From a virus (Duplodnaviria; Caudoviricetes), in the IMG/VR virus record IMGVR_UViG_3300005326_000040, positions 128,001 through 192,000 of that record: a stretch of 64,000 nt of DNA; one strand, written 5' to 3'. The notes below the pieces were generated by a model, which saw only the letters and a program-made list of their open reading frames with translations, was not told the origin of the DNA and made no database searches. This document shows, piece by piece, positions 17,128 through 26,051 of this stretch. Positions within the stretch are counted from its first letter, which is position 1, and each line of letters starts with the position of its first letter. A program made the position numbers and the translations under genes.

Positions 17128-17955
17128 ATGGCTACTACTCAGAACGCTCAGCCCACCGGAAACATCGTTGAAATCGCCGCGCAGTTCGTTGCATCCAGCA
17201 AGACTCTCCTCGACGCTAGGAGCCGCCTTCGTGCGCATTTCCCGAACCTGGATGATGTCAGGCTCGCGGAAATCGCAAAGGTCTTGGCAGACAGTGAAGC
17301 AACGCCTCAGGCTGTTCCGCCCGCTCAGCCTGTTGCAGTCGCTCCGACCGCTGCGTCCGCAACCCCCAAGCAGAAGGGTGAACGCACTCGTCCCCGCACG
17401 CTCATGGTGAAGTTGCCTGACGGCAAGGAAATTACGATGGCTAAGGCTGTCCAGAAGATTCTGGGCAAGAAGGCGATGACCGTCCCTGAAATCGAAAAGC
17501 ATTTCGAAGAGAAGGGATGGGTGACCAATTCGCACGCTGATGCCAAGGTTCAGCATTCGATCTATGTTACCTTGAACGGAAAGACCGGGCTGTTCCAGAA
17601 GCTCCCCGGAGAGAATCAGAAGAAGACGACTTACAAGAACATTGCTGCCGACGCAAATGGAGAAGCGGCGAGGCCGGAGAAGCCCAGCAAGGCAAGCAAG
17701 AAGGTTCAGGTACAGGTGACTCAGGCTGAAGGTCGTGCTCCTTCCCCTGATAAGATGTTCGAAGTTATTTCGTCCAAGTTTGGACTGAATGAGAAGTTCT
17801 TCCTGCGTGATGTTGCTTCGGTGCTTGGCGTACCTGCCAAGGTTCTTTCTGTGAACATGCAGAACCTCCAGGCCGCAGGCAAGGTGAAGGTTGTTGCAAC
17901 CGCTAAACCTGAGGGAGCGTCTGTTCCGGCGAAGCTTTATGCCCGCGTGCAGTAA
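17128..17955 (+). CDS. Lys/Ala-rich DNA-binding protein with HARE-HTH-like and winged-helix domains
   Basis: ITMAKAVQKILGKKAMTVPEIEKHFEEKGW...IYVTL; C-terminal LRDVASVLG...MQNLQAAGKV. Confidence 0.6.
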   Translation: MATTQNAQPTGNIVEIAAQFVASSKTLLDARSRLRAHFPNLDDVRLAEIAKVLADSEATPQAVPPAQPVAVAPTAASATPKQKGERTRPRTLMVKLPDGKEITMAKAVQKILGKKAMTVPEIEKHFEEKGWVTNSHADAKVQHSIYVTLNGKTGLFQKLPGENQKKTTYKNIAADANGEAARPEKPSKASKKVQVQVTQAEGRAPSPDKMFEVISSKFGLNEKFFLRDVASVLGVPAKVLSVNMQNLQAAGKVKVVATAKPEGASVPAKLYARVQ

Positions 17956-17982
17956 CAATTTGAAATAGTTTTGATAAAACAA

Positions 17983-18010
17983 TTGACTGCAAATCTAGTT
18001 CGGAGATAAT
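17983..18010 (+). promoter_or_regulatory. Sigma70-like promoter, leaderless
   Basis: TTGACT-16-GATAAT; ATG 18017 lies 6 nt after the -10. Confidence 0.55.
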
Positions 18011-18016
18011 CAACAC

Positions 18017-19024
18017 ATGGCTTCTAAAGAAGATGCAAACACGGCAAGCTCCAAAGAACAACTCTTGGATAACATCGCTGGTGTTTTTGCGATGATTGAC
18101 CCTCAGAAGACTGCTGCACCCAAGCCTGGGAAGACTTCAGCAGCCGCAATCGCAACGGCTTCGGTTGCAACTCCGCCGCCTATTCCGGATGTTGCACCGG
18201 CCATCCCTACGTTGGATGCTGCTGCTGCTGATGAGGATACCGATGAAGGCGATGATGATGACGCGGACATCCAAGCTGGTGCTATTGATGATATTGATGA
18301 CGGCGATATGGATGATGATGAGAAAGAGGAAGCGGTTGAATATCCGGAAGGAACTCCGGATATTGTCGCCAACGTTCTCAATACCATCCAGAGCGCCAAG
18401 AAGGCTGCCAGCCAGCTTTTGAAGGAAGCCAAGGACCATCCGGAAGTCAAGGCATGGGCTGAGAGGCCCGGAAACAAGGGTAGGGTGAAGGCTGTTCTTC
18501 AGAAGTACGCAGACGTGAAGAAGATCCTTCGGAAGCATTATCATATCAAGCCCGGTGGTGTTCGGCCGACGACAACGCCTTCTGCTGAAACGGCCGCAAA
18601 GAACATCGCTATCGCGTCTGATGTCATGGATGCCGTTACTTCTTCTCCGGTGGAAGCGCAGCCTACTGCGCTCAATCCGGACACAGAAGAGTCCGGCAAT
18701 GCTATCCTCGCAGCCATGACTCCTGGTACTACACCTAAGGCCCGCATCACGAACAAGAAGACCGGCGAAGTCTTCATGATGTGGTCCGACTTTCTCGCTA
18801 TCAAGGTCAAGGACTATGAGCTTCGCTTCCGCAAGTTCACTGCGGGAGAATCGAGTAAGCTTGGAGCCAGCAAGAGTCCGTCAGCTTACTTGATGAAGGA
18901 AGACAGGGTGCTTGCGGCCCTGAGTCCGGAAGAGTTCATTGTCGTTGTCAACATGGTCGGCAGGCTTACCCAGCAGGGTTCCCTCAAGGATATCCTGTCT
19001 GCGCTCGTAGCTCTCGCCAAGTAA
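18017..19024 (+). CDS. Hypothetical protein with Asp-rich tract
   Basis: DEDTDEGDDDD...DDEKEE tract; strong codon bias; terminator follows. Confidence 0.75.
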   Translation: MASKEDANTASSKEQLLDNIAGVFAMIDPQKTAAPKPGKTSAAAIATASVATPPPIPDVAPAIPTLDAAAADEDTDEGDDDDADIQAGAIDDIDDGDMDDDEKEEAVEYPEGTPDIVANVLNTIQSAKKAASQLLKEAKDHPEVKAWAERPGNKGRVKAVLQKYADVKKILRKHYHIKPGGVRPTTTPSAETAAKNIAIASDVMDAVTSSPVEAQPTALNPDTEESGNAILAAMTPGTTPKARITNKKTGEVFMMWSDFLAIKVKDYELRFRKFTAGESSKLGASKSPSAYLMKEDRVLAALSPEEFIVVVNMVGRLTQQGSLKDILSALVALAK

Positions 19025-19048
19025 CAATTCCAACCAGACAAGAAATGC

Positions 19049-19082
19049 AAAAGGCGAGGGGCTTCGGCCCTTCGTCTTTTGT
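19049..19082 (+). terminator. Intrinsic terminator with UUCG loop
   Basis: AAAAGGCGAGGGGC-TTCG-GCCCTTCGTCTTTT. Confidence 0.85.
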
Positions 19083-19112
19083 GTTTCACCCCTCCAAAGA
19101 TAGACGCTTAAA

Positions 19113-19397
19113 ATGCCCATAAATAAAGTTAAAGCAATTGTGGAGATTGAAGACTTTGAGGACGGGCGAATAATTGTCACCTTACGTCATCCAAAACATG
19201 GTGGGCAATGGTTGAAGATGCAAATTGCAAATGGCGGCAGCGTTGTAACTCGCGCTGTAGAAGCTGTTTATGGTTCTGAGCAAGCTGGTGATGCAGACGC
19301 TTTTTTGAAAGCATATGGAATGTCGGATGCAGAAGCTTTCAACGCTGAAACGTGGACAAGAAAGAAATCTTTTAGCTTACCAAGGCAAAAGAAATGA
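19113..19397 (+). CDS. Hypothetical protein
   Basis: ORF; ATGA overlap with next gene. Confidence 0.6.
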   Translation: MPINKVKAIVEIEDFEDGRIIVTLRHPKHGGQWLKMQIANGGSVVTRAVEAVYGSEQAGDADAFLKAYGMSDAEAFNAETWTRKKSFSLPRQKK

Positions 19398-19666
19398 AGC
19401 CTAAAAAACTTTCAGACCGGCGCATGTATACAGTGTTGACTCGATTGTTTCGTCGAGTAGCTTCCATAGATCCCGGAACATCGCAGATGGTAGTTATATC
19501 GACCTTAGATACTTGCCGTGATCATTATCCTCAGGCGAAAGAGCTTTCTCGTTTCGGTCTTATTTGTGAGATTGGCTTTGGTTATTTTAAAGGTGTTGAT
19601 GAGCCTGAGGTAAAAGCTCACGTAGAAAAACTTATAAAAGATTTTGAAAAAGAAAACAATATTTGA
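19394..19666 (+). CDS. Hypothetical protein
   Basis: ORF in string. Confidence 0.55.
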   Translation: MKPKKLSDRRMYTVLTRLFRRVASIDPGTSQMVVISTLDTCRDHYPQAKELSRFGLICEIGFGYFKGVDEPEVKAHVEKLIKDFEKENNI

Positions 19667-19690
19667 CATCTAATTTTTTTCATCTATGGT
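19663..19690 (+). promoter_or_regulatory. Sigma70-like promoter, leaderless
   Basis: TTGACA-16-TATGGT; ATG 19697 lies 6 nt downstream. Confidence 0.65.
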
Positions 19691-19696
19691 GGCGGT

Positions 19697-19960
19697 ATGA
19701 AAATCAGAGAAGATAACTTTACCGTTCCGCCATTTTCCATTGACGTTGTTTGTGGAGAATGTCTATCTAAACTTACTCTTGATTCTGTTGATGATTTGTG
19801 TGCTGGCGAAGCACAAGAATCTGACTGTCGTGAAACGTATGCTGTAGTGCGATTGTATTTTACATGTCCATTGTGCTGTCATTATGATAAGCTTTCCGAG
19901 CACGAGGAAAAGCAGCTTCCTATGGCCGTTAAGAAAGCAATAACGCGAAGGAGATCTTAA
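19697..19960 (+). CDS. Zinc-ribbon protein
   Basis: CGEC...CPLC. Confidence 0.65.
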   Translation: MKIREDNFTVPPFSIDVVCGECLSKLTLDSVDDLCAGEAQESDCRETYAVVRLYFTCPLCCHYDKLSEHEEKQLPMAVKKAITRRRS

Positions 19961-20118
19961 AAGACAATGGCAAAGATAATTGAATCAAAGCCAGCTTTTA
20001 TATTTCTTATTGGCTTGGCTTTAGGCTTTGCAATTAATCATGCTATACTTTATAAATACTATTCCAATTTGACTGAACAGTCGTTGAATACGTCTTGTCA
20101 AAAATAGGAAAACAAACA

Positions 20119-20847
20119 ATGTCTTCTACCACTGCTGCAACTGCTGTTGTTTCTAATCCTTCTGCTGCTCCCGCTAACAGCAATGTGTACTTCAAAATTG
20201 ACTCGGGCGAAGGTGACTGTCATGAAATGGATGAGAATATTTATTATCCTGATTTGACTTTGGGGGCAGACGCTCATTTTGAACAAAATCATTTTAGTGA
20301 TATTGATAAAGCAGTATATCCCCCCGAAGATATTAGGTCATTTAAATTCCACACACAACAAGAGGCCATTGATGCCTTGCTTGAAGTCTTGAATTCAAAT
20401 TTGAAGGAAGCTTTGCTTGTGGCTTATTGTGGCAAGGATGCGGACGAAAAGGTCGAGCGAAATTGGAGCGGAGATCGTAAGATTCGGTTGTCGCGGCCTG
20501 ATGTTTCACGAGCGGCAATTACTGTGCATGAATGCGAAGACGACGACAATTTTAATGAAGACGGTATGTATGTTCGTGTGTCGGCTCCTATTGTTGAATG
20601 CGAAGCAACAACAAAAAAGGAAAAGGTTGTTATTTTTGTTGAGGGGAAAGAGTATTCTCGAATGGAAGAAAGAATTACTAGAACGCCATGGACAGATAAG
20701 GGAGAGGAGGTTGTAAAGAGAATTGACATCCTTCAATTCAAAGAAGAACCTTGGGCTACTCCTGAAACTAAGTTTTCTAATTTTGTAAAGACAGAGAAGC
20801 CTAAGAAGGAAAAGAAGGAAAAGAAGACGAGCAAGAAGAGGAGATAA
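20119..20847 (+). CDS. Hypothetical protein with Lys-rich tail
   Basis: ORF; KKEKKEKKTSKKRR C-terminus. Confidence 0.7.
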   Translation: MSSTTAATAVVSNPSAAPANSNVYFKIDSGEGDCHEMDENIYYPDLTLGADAHFEQNHFSDIDKAVYPPEDIRSFKFHTQQEAIDALLEVLNSNLKEALLVAYCGKDADEKVERNWSGDRKIRLSRPDVSRAAITVHECEDDDNFNEDGMYVRVSAPIVECEATTKKEKVVIFVEGKEYSRMEERITRTPWTDKGEEVVKRIDILQFKEEPWATPETKFSNFVKTEKPKKEKKEKKTSKKRR

Positions 20848-20849
20848 AC

Positions 20850-21680
20850 ATGAGAGATAAAGACGACACATTTGGCGCGCGTATGAAGCAATACGAAGCG
20901 CTTACTGACGCTCAACTGATGCGTCGCTTGCCCGTAATTGTTCGTTGCGATGGAAAAGGTTTTCATCAGGTAACAAAAAATCTCCCGAAGCCTTGTTATG
21001 ATTTTGCTTATGTGATGGCTTCGGCCATGGTAACGGTGGCAAAAGGTGCCGAAGGTTGCGTGTTTGGATATACGCAATCAGACGAAGTTACCTTTGTGTT
21101 GAAGAATGATCAATCAATTATGTCGCAACCGTTGTTTGACAACCGAGTGCAGAAGCTTTGTTCTACTTTTGCTTCGGCGATGACATACTGGTTCAATAGA
21201 TTTTGGTGCAACACATCTGAATGTGTGCTTATTGGTGACTATGAAGTGGCAAAGAAGACTGATTTGCCGCCAGCAACTTTTGATGCCAGAGTATATACGG
21301 TTCCCAACATCGTAGAGTTGATGAATGTTATTTGGTGGCGGCAAAAAGACTGCACAAGAAATGCGGTTTCTCTTGTGGCTTATGCTGAGTTTGGGCGCAA
21401 GTATGGCAAAAAGACAGCGCAAACAGAACTCTACAAAAAGAAGACTAATCAAAAACTTGAGTTGCTGTTTCAAGAATTCGGGATTGATTTCTACACGGAT
21501 TATCCAAAGCATTTCCAACGAGGATATGCTTGTTACAAGAAGGACAAAGAAGTAAACGGAACCATGCGATCTCGGTGGACCCTTGATGGTAATCTTCCTT
21601 TGATTGGAAAAGAGCCTGATATTTTGCTTGATGCTTACGAACCATTTGATGAGGAAGATAAAAAGCAAAGCGAGCAATAA
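20850..21680 (+). CDS. thg1: Thg1-like tRNA guanylyltransferase / 3'-5' RNA polymerase
   Basis: VRCDGKGFH, YTQSDEVTF, RVQKLCS, FDARV, WRQKDCTRN motifs. Confidence 0.92.
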   Translation: MRDKDDTFGARMKQYEALTDAQLMRRLPVIVRCDGKGFHQVTKNLPKPCYDFAYVMASAMVTVAKGAEGCVFGYTQSDEVTFVLKNDQSIMSQPLFDNRVQKLCSTFASAMTYWFNRFWCNTSECVLIGDYEVAKKTDLPPATFDARVYTVPNIVELMNVIWWRQKDCTRNAVSLVAYAEFGRKYGKKTAQTELYKKKTNQKLELLFQEFGIDFYTDYPKHFQRGYACYKKDKEVNGTMRSRWTLDGNLPLIGKEPDILLDAYEPFDEEDKKQSEQ

Positions 21681-21684
21681 CTTT

Positions 21685-22248
21685 ATGGGCGCTGATGGTG
21701 GCGTGAATTGGGTTAAATTAAGAGATGACAATCCGGAAACGCGAGCAGAATTTGTAAAGCTAATTGAGTTTTTAGGTTTATGGTGGCGCAATTATCACGA
21801 GGATGAACATCACGAATGGTTGGACAGCGAAGACGCCAGCTTCTTGAACAAAGGAAGCTATTATTTCTCTACGTATGGAACCGATCAATACGACGACGGC
21901 AACGGAATGGAAACGTTGCAGGAAATTCTGTCAGAATGTGACAACTGCACTGATGACACAATAACATTTGTGGACATTCTGTGGGGTGCGTTGACTGATC
22001 CTTTCCCTTCTGATGGTTTTGGTTATGGCGGGCCATGTCCAACCTTAGGCGCAAAGCTAAAATACTTAGTTAAATTTTATAGTTTGATTACATTTGGAGG
22101 CAAATCTTTTGAAAAGAACTTAGACAAAGCTGTTGATGACTTTGTTCAAGCCAATCCAATCATGAATATGAGCGTAGTGGAATGGAAAAATAAGGTTTAT
22201 AAGTTGATTGTAAAGAATAGTTTCGGCGAACAAGAAACCTGGACATAA
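21685..22248 (+). CDS. Hypothetical protein
   Basis: MGADGGV start; ORF in string. Confidence 0.6.
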   Translation: MGADGGVNWVKLRDDNPETRAEFVKLIEFLGLWWRNYHEDEHHEWLDSEDASFLNKGSYYFSTYGTDQYDDGNGMETLQEILSECDNCTDDTITFVDILWGALTDPFPSDGFGYGGPCPTLGAKLKYLVKFYSLITFGGKSFEKNLDKAVDDFVQANPIMNMSVVEWKNKVYKLIVKNSFGEQETWT

Positions 22249-22538
22249 TGGATAAGCTTCACATCGGAACACATAGAGCGCACTGTTGTAGAAAACATGG
22301 GTGCAAATATGGAAATGATGACTGCCCTGTGGTTTCTGGAGCGGTAAAGCAATTGTATTCATGTGAAAGAGGCAATATTAATGATGATGATTGTTACCAT
22401 AAAACTATTGTAGCAGCTAAGCTGAATGAAAAGCAATGTAGTCTTGATATTACTTTTGATGACGGGTCTGGGTTTTCTCTAGTATTGACTACCGGTGCGT
22501 TTGACTTGCTTAAAGAAAAACTGCGCCTGGAGAAGTGA
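22248..22538 (+). CDS. Cys/His-rich hypothetical protein
   Basis: H.AHCC.KHGCKYG.DDCPV motif. Confidence 0.6.
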   Translation: MDKLHIGTHRAHCCRKHGCKYGNDDCPVVSGAVKQLYSCERGNINDDDCYHKTIVAAKLNEKQCSLDITFDDGSGFSLVLTTGAFDLLKEKLRLEK

Positions 22539-22541
22539 ACA

Positions 22542-22787
22542 ATGGTTTCTCTTCTAGAAGAAGTCATTCATATTCTATCTAAGACTGAGGGCGATGTACA
22601 AGCTCAAGCGCGAGAGCTAATTGAATATCTCAACCTGCGCCCCATAAAAAACGACGAAGAACATTTTGTAGCTTTGAGGGAAGTTGAAAGATTGTGGGAA
22701 TCAGAATCAGGAACACCTGAGGGTGACCGTTTTGAGACGCTTTCCATTCTGATTGATGAATATGAAAAGAAGACTTTCCCCATGTAA
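22542..22787 (+). CDS. Orphan HigA-type antitoxin N-terminal domain without HTH
   Basis: RPIKNDEEHFVALREVERLWESESGTPEGDRFETLSILIDEYEKKTFPM matches the HigA N-terminal signature; stop follows immediately. Confidence 0.75.
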   Translation: MVSLLEEVIHILSKTEGDVQAQARELIEYLNLRPIKNDEEHFVALREVERLWESESGTPEGDRFETLSILIDEYEKKTFPM

Positions 22788-22802
22788 CCTGGATGATGAA
22801 TC

Positions 22803-23222
22803 TTGCAAAAACAAAAGCAAATAAAAGTTATTGGCTTAGAGCCTGAGCAAGAGCCTATAGTTAAATACATCGACGAGAATGATGAGTGTTTTCACGGCAG
22901 AAGAATACTGTCTTATCATATTGCGAAGTATGAGTCTAAGCGCGATATTTATTTGCTCACTGAAAATTCTATTTGGTTTGATGCGGGAACGCCACTGCGA
23001 AGCAATTATTACTTTACAATTTTTTCATACACGGAAAATATTCTACGTGAAATGAAAAAAGCAAGCGGAACGATTGTGGTTTGGGATAAAAATTCAACAA
23101 GCAATAACCCACACTTTAATATATGTATTGGATGGTCATCTTTGACGTGTCAAGATATCGAATTTTTGTTCAACTTGATTTCTAAGATACACCCAAAAAA
23201 CCCAGATAGTTCTGTCGGGTAG
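22803..23222 (+). CDS. DUF3846-like paralog 4
   Basis: IKVIGLEPEQEPIVKYI; SGTIVV...SSLTCQDIEFLF. Confidence 0.55.
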   Translation: MQKQKQIKVIGLEPEQEPIVKYIDENDECFHGRRILSYHIAKYESKRDIYLLTENSIWFDAGTPLRSNYYFTIFSYTENILREMKKASGTIVVWDKNSTSNNPHFNICIGWSSLTCQDIEFLFNLISKIHPKNPDSSVG

Positions 23223-23249
23223 ATATTACGTTTCTAATATCGTTCTTAT

Positions 23250-24302
23250 ATGGAACGAAAATTAGCTTCAATTCAAAAAGTATCTGAATTATTTCCAATT
23301 GAGGGCGCAGATAAAATCGAAGGATGTAGCGTCCTAGGTTGGCAATGTGTTGTTCAAAAAGGTGAATTCAAGCCTGGAGATATAGGAGTCTACTTTGAAA
23401 TAGACTCTGTTCTCCCTAGCGATAAACCTGAGTTTGCTTTTCTTGAGCCTAGAAAATATAGAATTCGCACTATCCGTTTACGCAAGCAAATTGCCCAGGG
23501 CTTAATGCTTCCCCTGAGCAAAATCACTTACGCCGATCTATCTTCCTTTCAAGAAGGCGATGACGTAACAGAATTGCTTGGGGTTCAGAAGTATGAACCA
23601 CCAGAAGAGAGTGAAGACGGAGCCAACTTCCGTTCTCGTCGGCGAGGAGTCTTTCCTTCTTTCCTTAGAAAGACTGATGAATTAAGAATTCAAAGTGTTC
23701 CAGGTTTTCTAGACCGTCATCGTGGTAAGACTTTTTATGCTACTGAAAAGGTGGATGGAAGCTCAGTTACGCTTTTCTATCTTCAAGATGCTTTATACGG
23801 GAAAGAGTCGGGATACTTTGGCGTTTGTTCTCGTAACATGGAAGTAATGAAAGATGACGGCGACTCTTATCGCAATGCTTTTTGGGAAGCCGTAGAGAAT
23901 TTTGATTTGGAAAACAAGATAAAATCCCTTGGTGCAAACATTTGTGTACAAGGCGAGCTTGTAGGTACAGGTATTCAAAAAAACAAATACAAGCTAACAG
24001 ATAGAAAGATTTTCTTATACAGTGCTTATGACGTTGTAACACAACGTTACATCAATCGCGATAGCTTGGTGCAGATAGCAAACGCTTTAGGTCTTGACAC
24101 GGTTCCGATGTTGGGTGAATTTGTTTTGAATCATACGGTTTCAGAGCTTGTGGAGATGTCTAGAGGATATAGCAAGCTCAATCCTGCAACGTTGCGAGAA
24201 GGAATTGTTTGTCGGCCTATTGAGGAATGCGGTGACCCTGAAACTGGACGAGCCAGTTTCAAAGCTATCCAGCCAGAATTTCTTTTAAAGTACGCTGAAT
24301 GA
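23250..24302 (+). CDS. RNA ligase, DRB0094 family
   Basis: MERKLASIQ start; TEKVDGSS adenylation motif; QGELVG, EGIVCR, SFKAI. Confidence 0.92.
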   Translation: MERKLASIQKVSELFPIEGADKIEGCSVLGWQCVVQKGEFKPGDIGVYFEIDSVLPSDKPEFAFLEPRKYRIRTIRLRKQIAQGLMLPLSKITYADLSSFQEGDDVTELLGVQKYEPPEESEDGANFRSRRRGVFPSFLRKTDELRIQSVPGFLDRHRGKTFYATEKVDGSSVTLFYLQDALYGKESGYFGVCSRNMEVMKDDGDSYRNAFWEAVENFDLENKIKSLGANICVQGELVGTGIQKNKYKLTDRKIFLYSAYDVVTQRYINRDSLVQIANALGLDTVPMLGEFVLNHTVSELVEMSRGYSKLNPATLREGIVCRPIEECGDPETGRASFKAIQPEFLLKYAE

Positions 24303-24308
24303 AAAACA

Positions 24309-24554
24309 ATGACAACAACTGGAACAATAGTTGTGATAGCTGTTTGTTTGCTGATAGGCTTTCCTATCCTATTGTTTTTGTTGTATGATGCGTATTGTCT
24401 ATTGAAGAATAAATCAAAACGTTGTTCAGCGTGTGCTCGTTGGCGACGACCAAATAATCCCGAGTATCCTTTTTGTTCAGAATTTTGCAGATATCGTTTC
24501 GAGCGAATCAGGGGATATAAACATCCTGATTACAAAGCTTCTGACGCTGGTTAA
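24309..24554 (+). CDS. Small membrane protein with Cys motif
   Basis: TM helix; CSAC...CSEFC. Confidence 0.5.
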   Translation: MTTTGTIVVIAVCLLIGFPILLFLLYDAYCLLKNKSKRCSACARWRRPNNPEYPFCSEFCRYRFERIRGYKHPDYKASDAG

Positions 24555-24558
24555 ATAG

Positions 24559-24861
24559 ATGAATCCTACAAGACGCGAAGCTCTTTTGGCTATGGGATAT
24601 CGTGAGGTTCAACCTAAACGCTGGCTAAAGCCAGTAGGGTACGTTTGTTTTAGTTATACTGAAAGTAGTAACGAGTGGGCCAACTGGTTTCTTGATGCTC
24701 AAGGAAAGATAGCCTGTTGGGAAAGAAAATCATTTGAAGATAATCCAGAGCGTTATGGATATTACATTCACCAACTAAAAGAATTTGAATGTTGGACCAG
24801 AATGAGTGATTTCTATATTAATGGTAATTCGCAATTCCATCTTCGCGCAATAGATATTTAG
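24559..24861 (+). CDS. Hypothetical protein
   Basis: Trp-rich ORF in string. Confidence 0.6.
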   Translation: MNPTRREALLAMGYREVQPKRWLKPVGYVCFSYTESSNEWANWFLDAQGKIACWERKSFEDNPERYGYYIHQLKEFECWTRMSDFYINGNSQFHLRAIDI

Positions 24862-24887
24862 TTAGCATTTCTTAGGAACACATTGGG

Positions 24888-25403
24888 ATGTCCAAAGATT
24901 TCAAAATTAAACGTTCAGGTGTAGCGATTGCGATGTTGCATACGTGCAAGAGTGTATTTTTTCACGACAAAAGAGAACCGCGCGGAGGTTCAGTGAATAC
25001 ACTAGAAGAGTTGAAGGCAGAAGTCGTCAAGCAAACTACAGAGCAATTGTTGATTGACGCAATGAATTTTGCAATTTCTAAGGGTGTTCGCATCAATCGT
25101 GGTGGAGCAATCTTTCATCGTAATAATGATTGGAAGATTGTAAGTTGTAATGCTCTTGGGGCTGTGCTTTGTTTGATTGGCGCGGAAGATTTGGTCAAGG
25201 AGGAATTCAATCCTGACTGGAGAACAGCCGTTCTTTCTTATCTAGGCGAAGATGAGATGTGGCTTTGGAGATTTATTTCCGGATTTGATTACGGCGTTGA
25301 GTTGACATTTATTTCAGAATGTCCCGGTCATTCCCACGAAGAAAAGGATAAGGTTTCTCGACTTGGGAATAAATTGGGAAAGAAGTTTGTACCGGTAGGA
25401 TAA
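24888..25403 (+). CDS. Hypothetical protein
   Basis: ORF in string. Confidence 0.65.
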   Translation: MSKDFKIKRSGVAIAMLHTCKSVFFHDKREPRGGSVNTLEELKAEVVKQTTEQLLIDAMNFAISKGVRINRGGAIFHRNNDWKIVSCNALGAVLCLIGAEDLVKEEFNPDWRTAVLSYLGEDEMWLWRFISGFDYGVELTFISECPGHSHEEKDKVSRLGNKLGKKFVPVG

Positions 25404-25404
25404 A

Positions 25405-25596
25405 ATGGAAATCAAATCACAATCATCCAATCCTGATACGCGGAATATGCGTTATGTTACAGTTCACGGAACAGTTTATTTCCGAGCCGAAGATGTTATT
25501 AGTTACATTATGGATATTGCAAGCACAGAAGAGACTGACGTGAAAAATCGTTTTGAGTTGGCGGCAAAAAAAATCCAAGCAATGATTACCAAGTAG
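25405..25596 (+). CDS. Hypothetical protein
   Basis: Short ORF abutting neighbours. Confidence 0.55.
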   Translation: MEIKSQSSNPDTRNMRYVTVHGTVYFRAEDVISYIMDIASTEETDVKNRFELAAKKIQAMITK

Positions 25597-25603
25597 ATTG
25601 TAA

Positions 25604-26047
25604 ATGACCGACGCTATTACATTATTCCGAGGCAAGCACTTCTTCCTTTCCAATTTCTATCCCGAGCCTATGGTTTTTGAAGGGATAGAATACGCCTCCT
25701 CTGAACATGCTTATCAAGCTCAAAAGACTACGACGAAACGTGAGCGAGATATGGTTCGTAAGGAACCTCATCCCGCTGGGGCGAAGAAGCTTGCTTTATT
25801 TATAGATAAGAGAGAAGATTGGAAAGATGTAAGATTAGACATTATGCGTAGGATTCTACGCGCTAAGTTTTCCAATCCAGTATTGAGGCAGATGTTGCTC
25901 GACACTGGAGATGCGGAAATCATTCATAATAACAAACATAAAGAATTTTTCTGGGGCGTTTGTAATGAACATGGATTGAATATGTTAGGAAAGCTTTTGA
26001 TGGAGCTTCGACAAGAGATTAGAGATTCTCCGGAAGAGGAATGGTAA
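25604..26047 (+). CDS. NADAR domain protein (YbiA-like)
   Basis: FLSNFYP, SEHAYQAQK, LRAKF, LLDTG, FWG, NMLGKLLMELR. Confidence 0.92.
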   Translation: MTDAITLFRGKHFFLSNFYPEPMVFEGIEYASSEHAYQAQKTTTKRERDMVRKEPHPAGAKKLALFIDKREDWKDVRLDIMRRILRAKFSNPVLRQMLLDTGDAEIIHNNKHKEFFWGVCNEHGLNMLGKLLMELRQEIRDSPEEEW

Positions 26048-26051
26048 AGAT

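Noticed and set aside
22248-22538. HigB toxin partner for the HigA-like gene
   Set aside because: The upstream gene is Cys/His-rich with no RelE/HigB features, and the downstream gene belongs to the DUF3846-like family.
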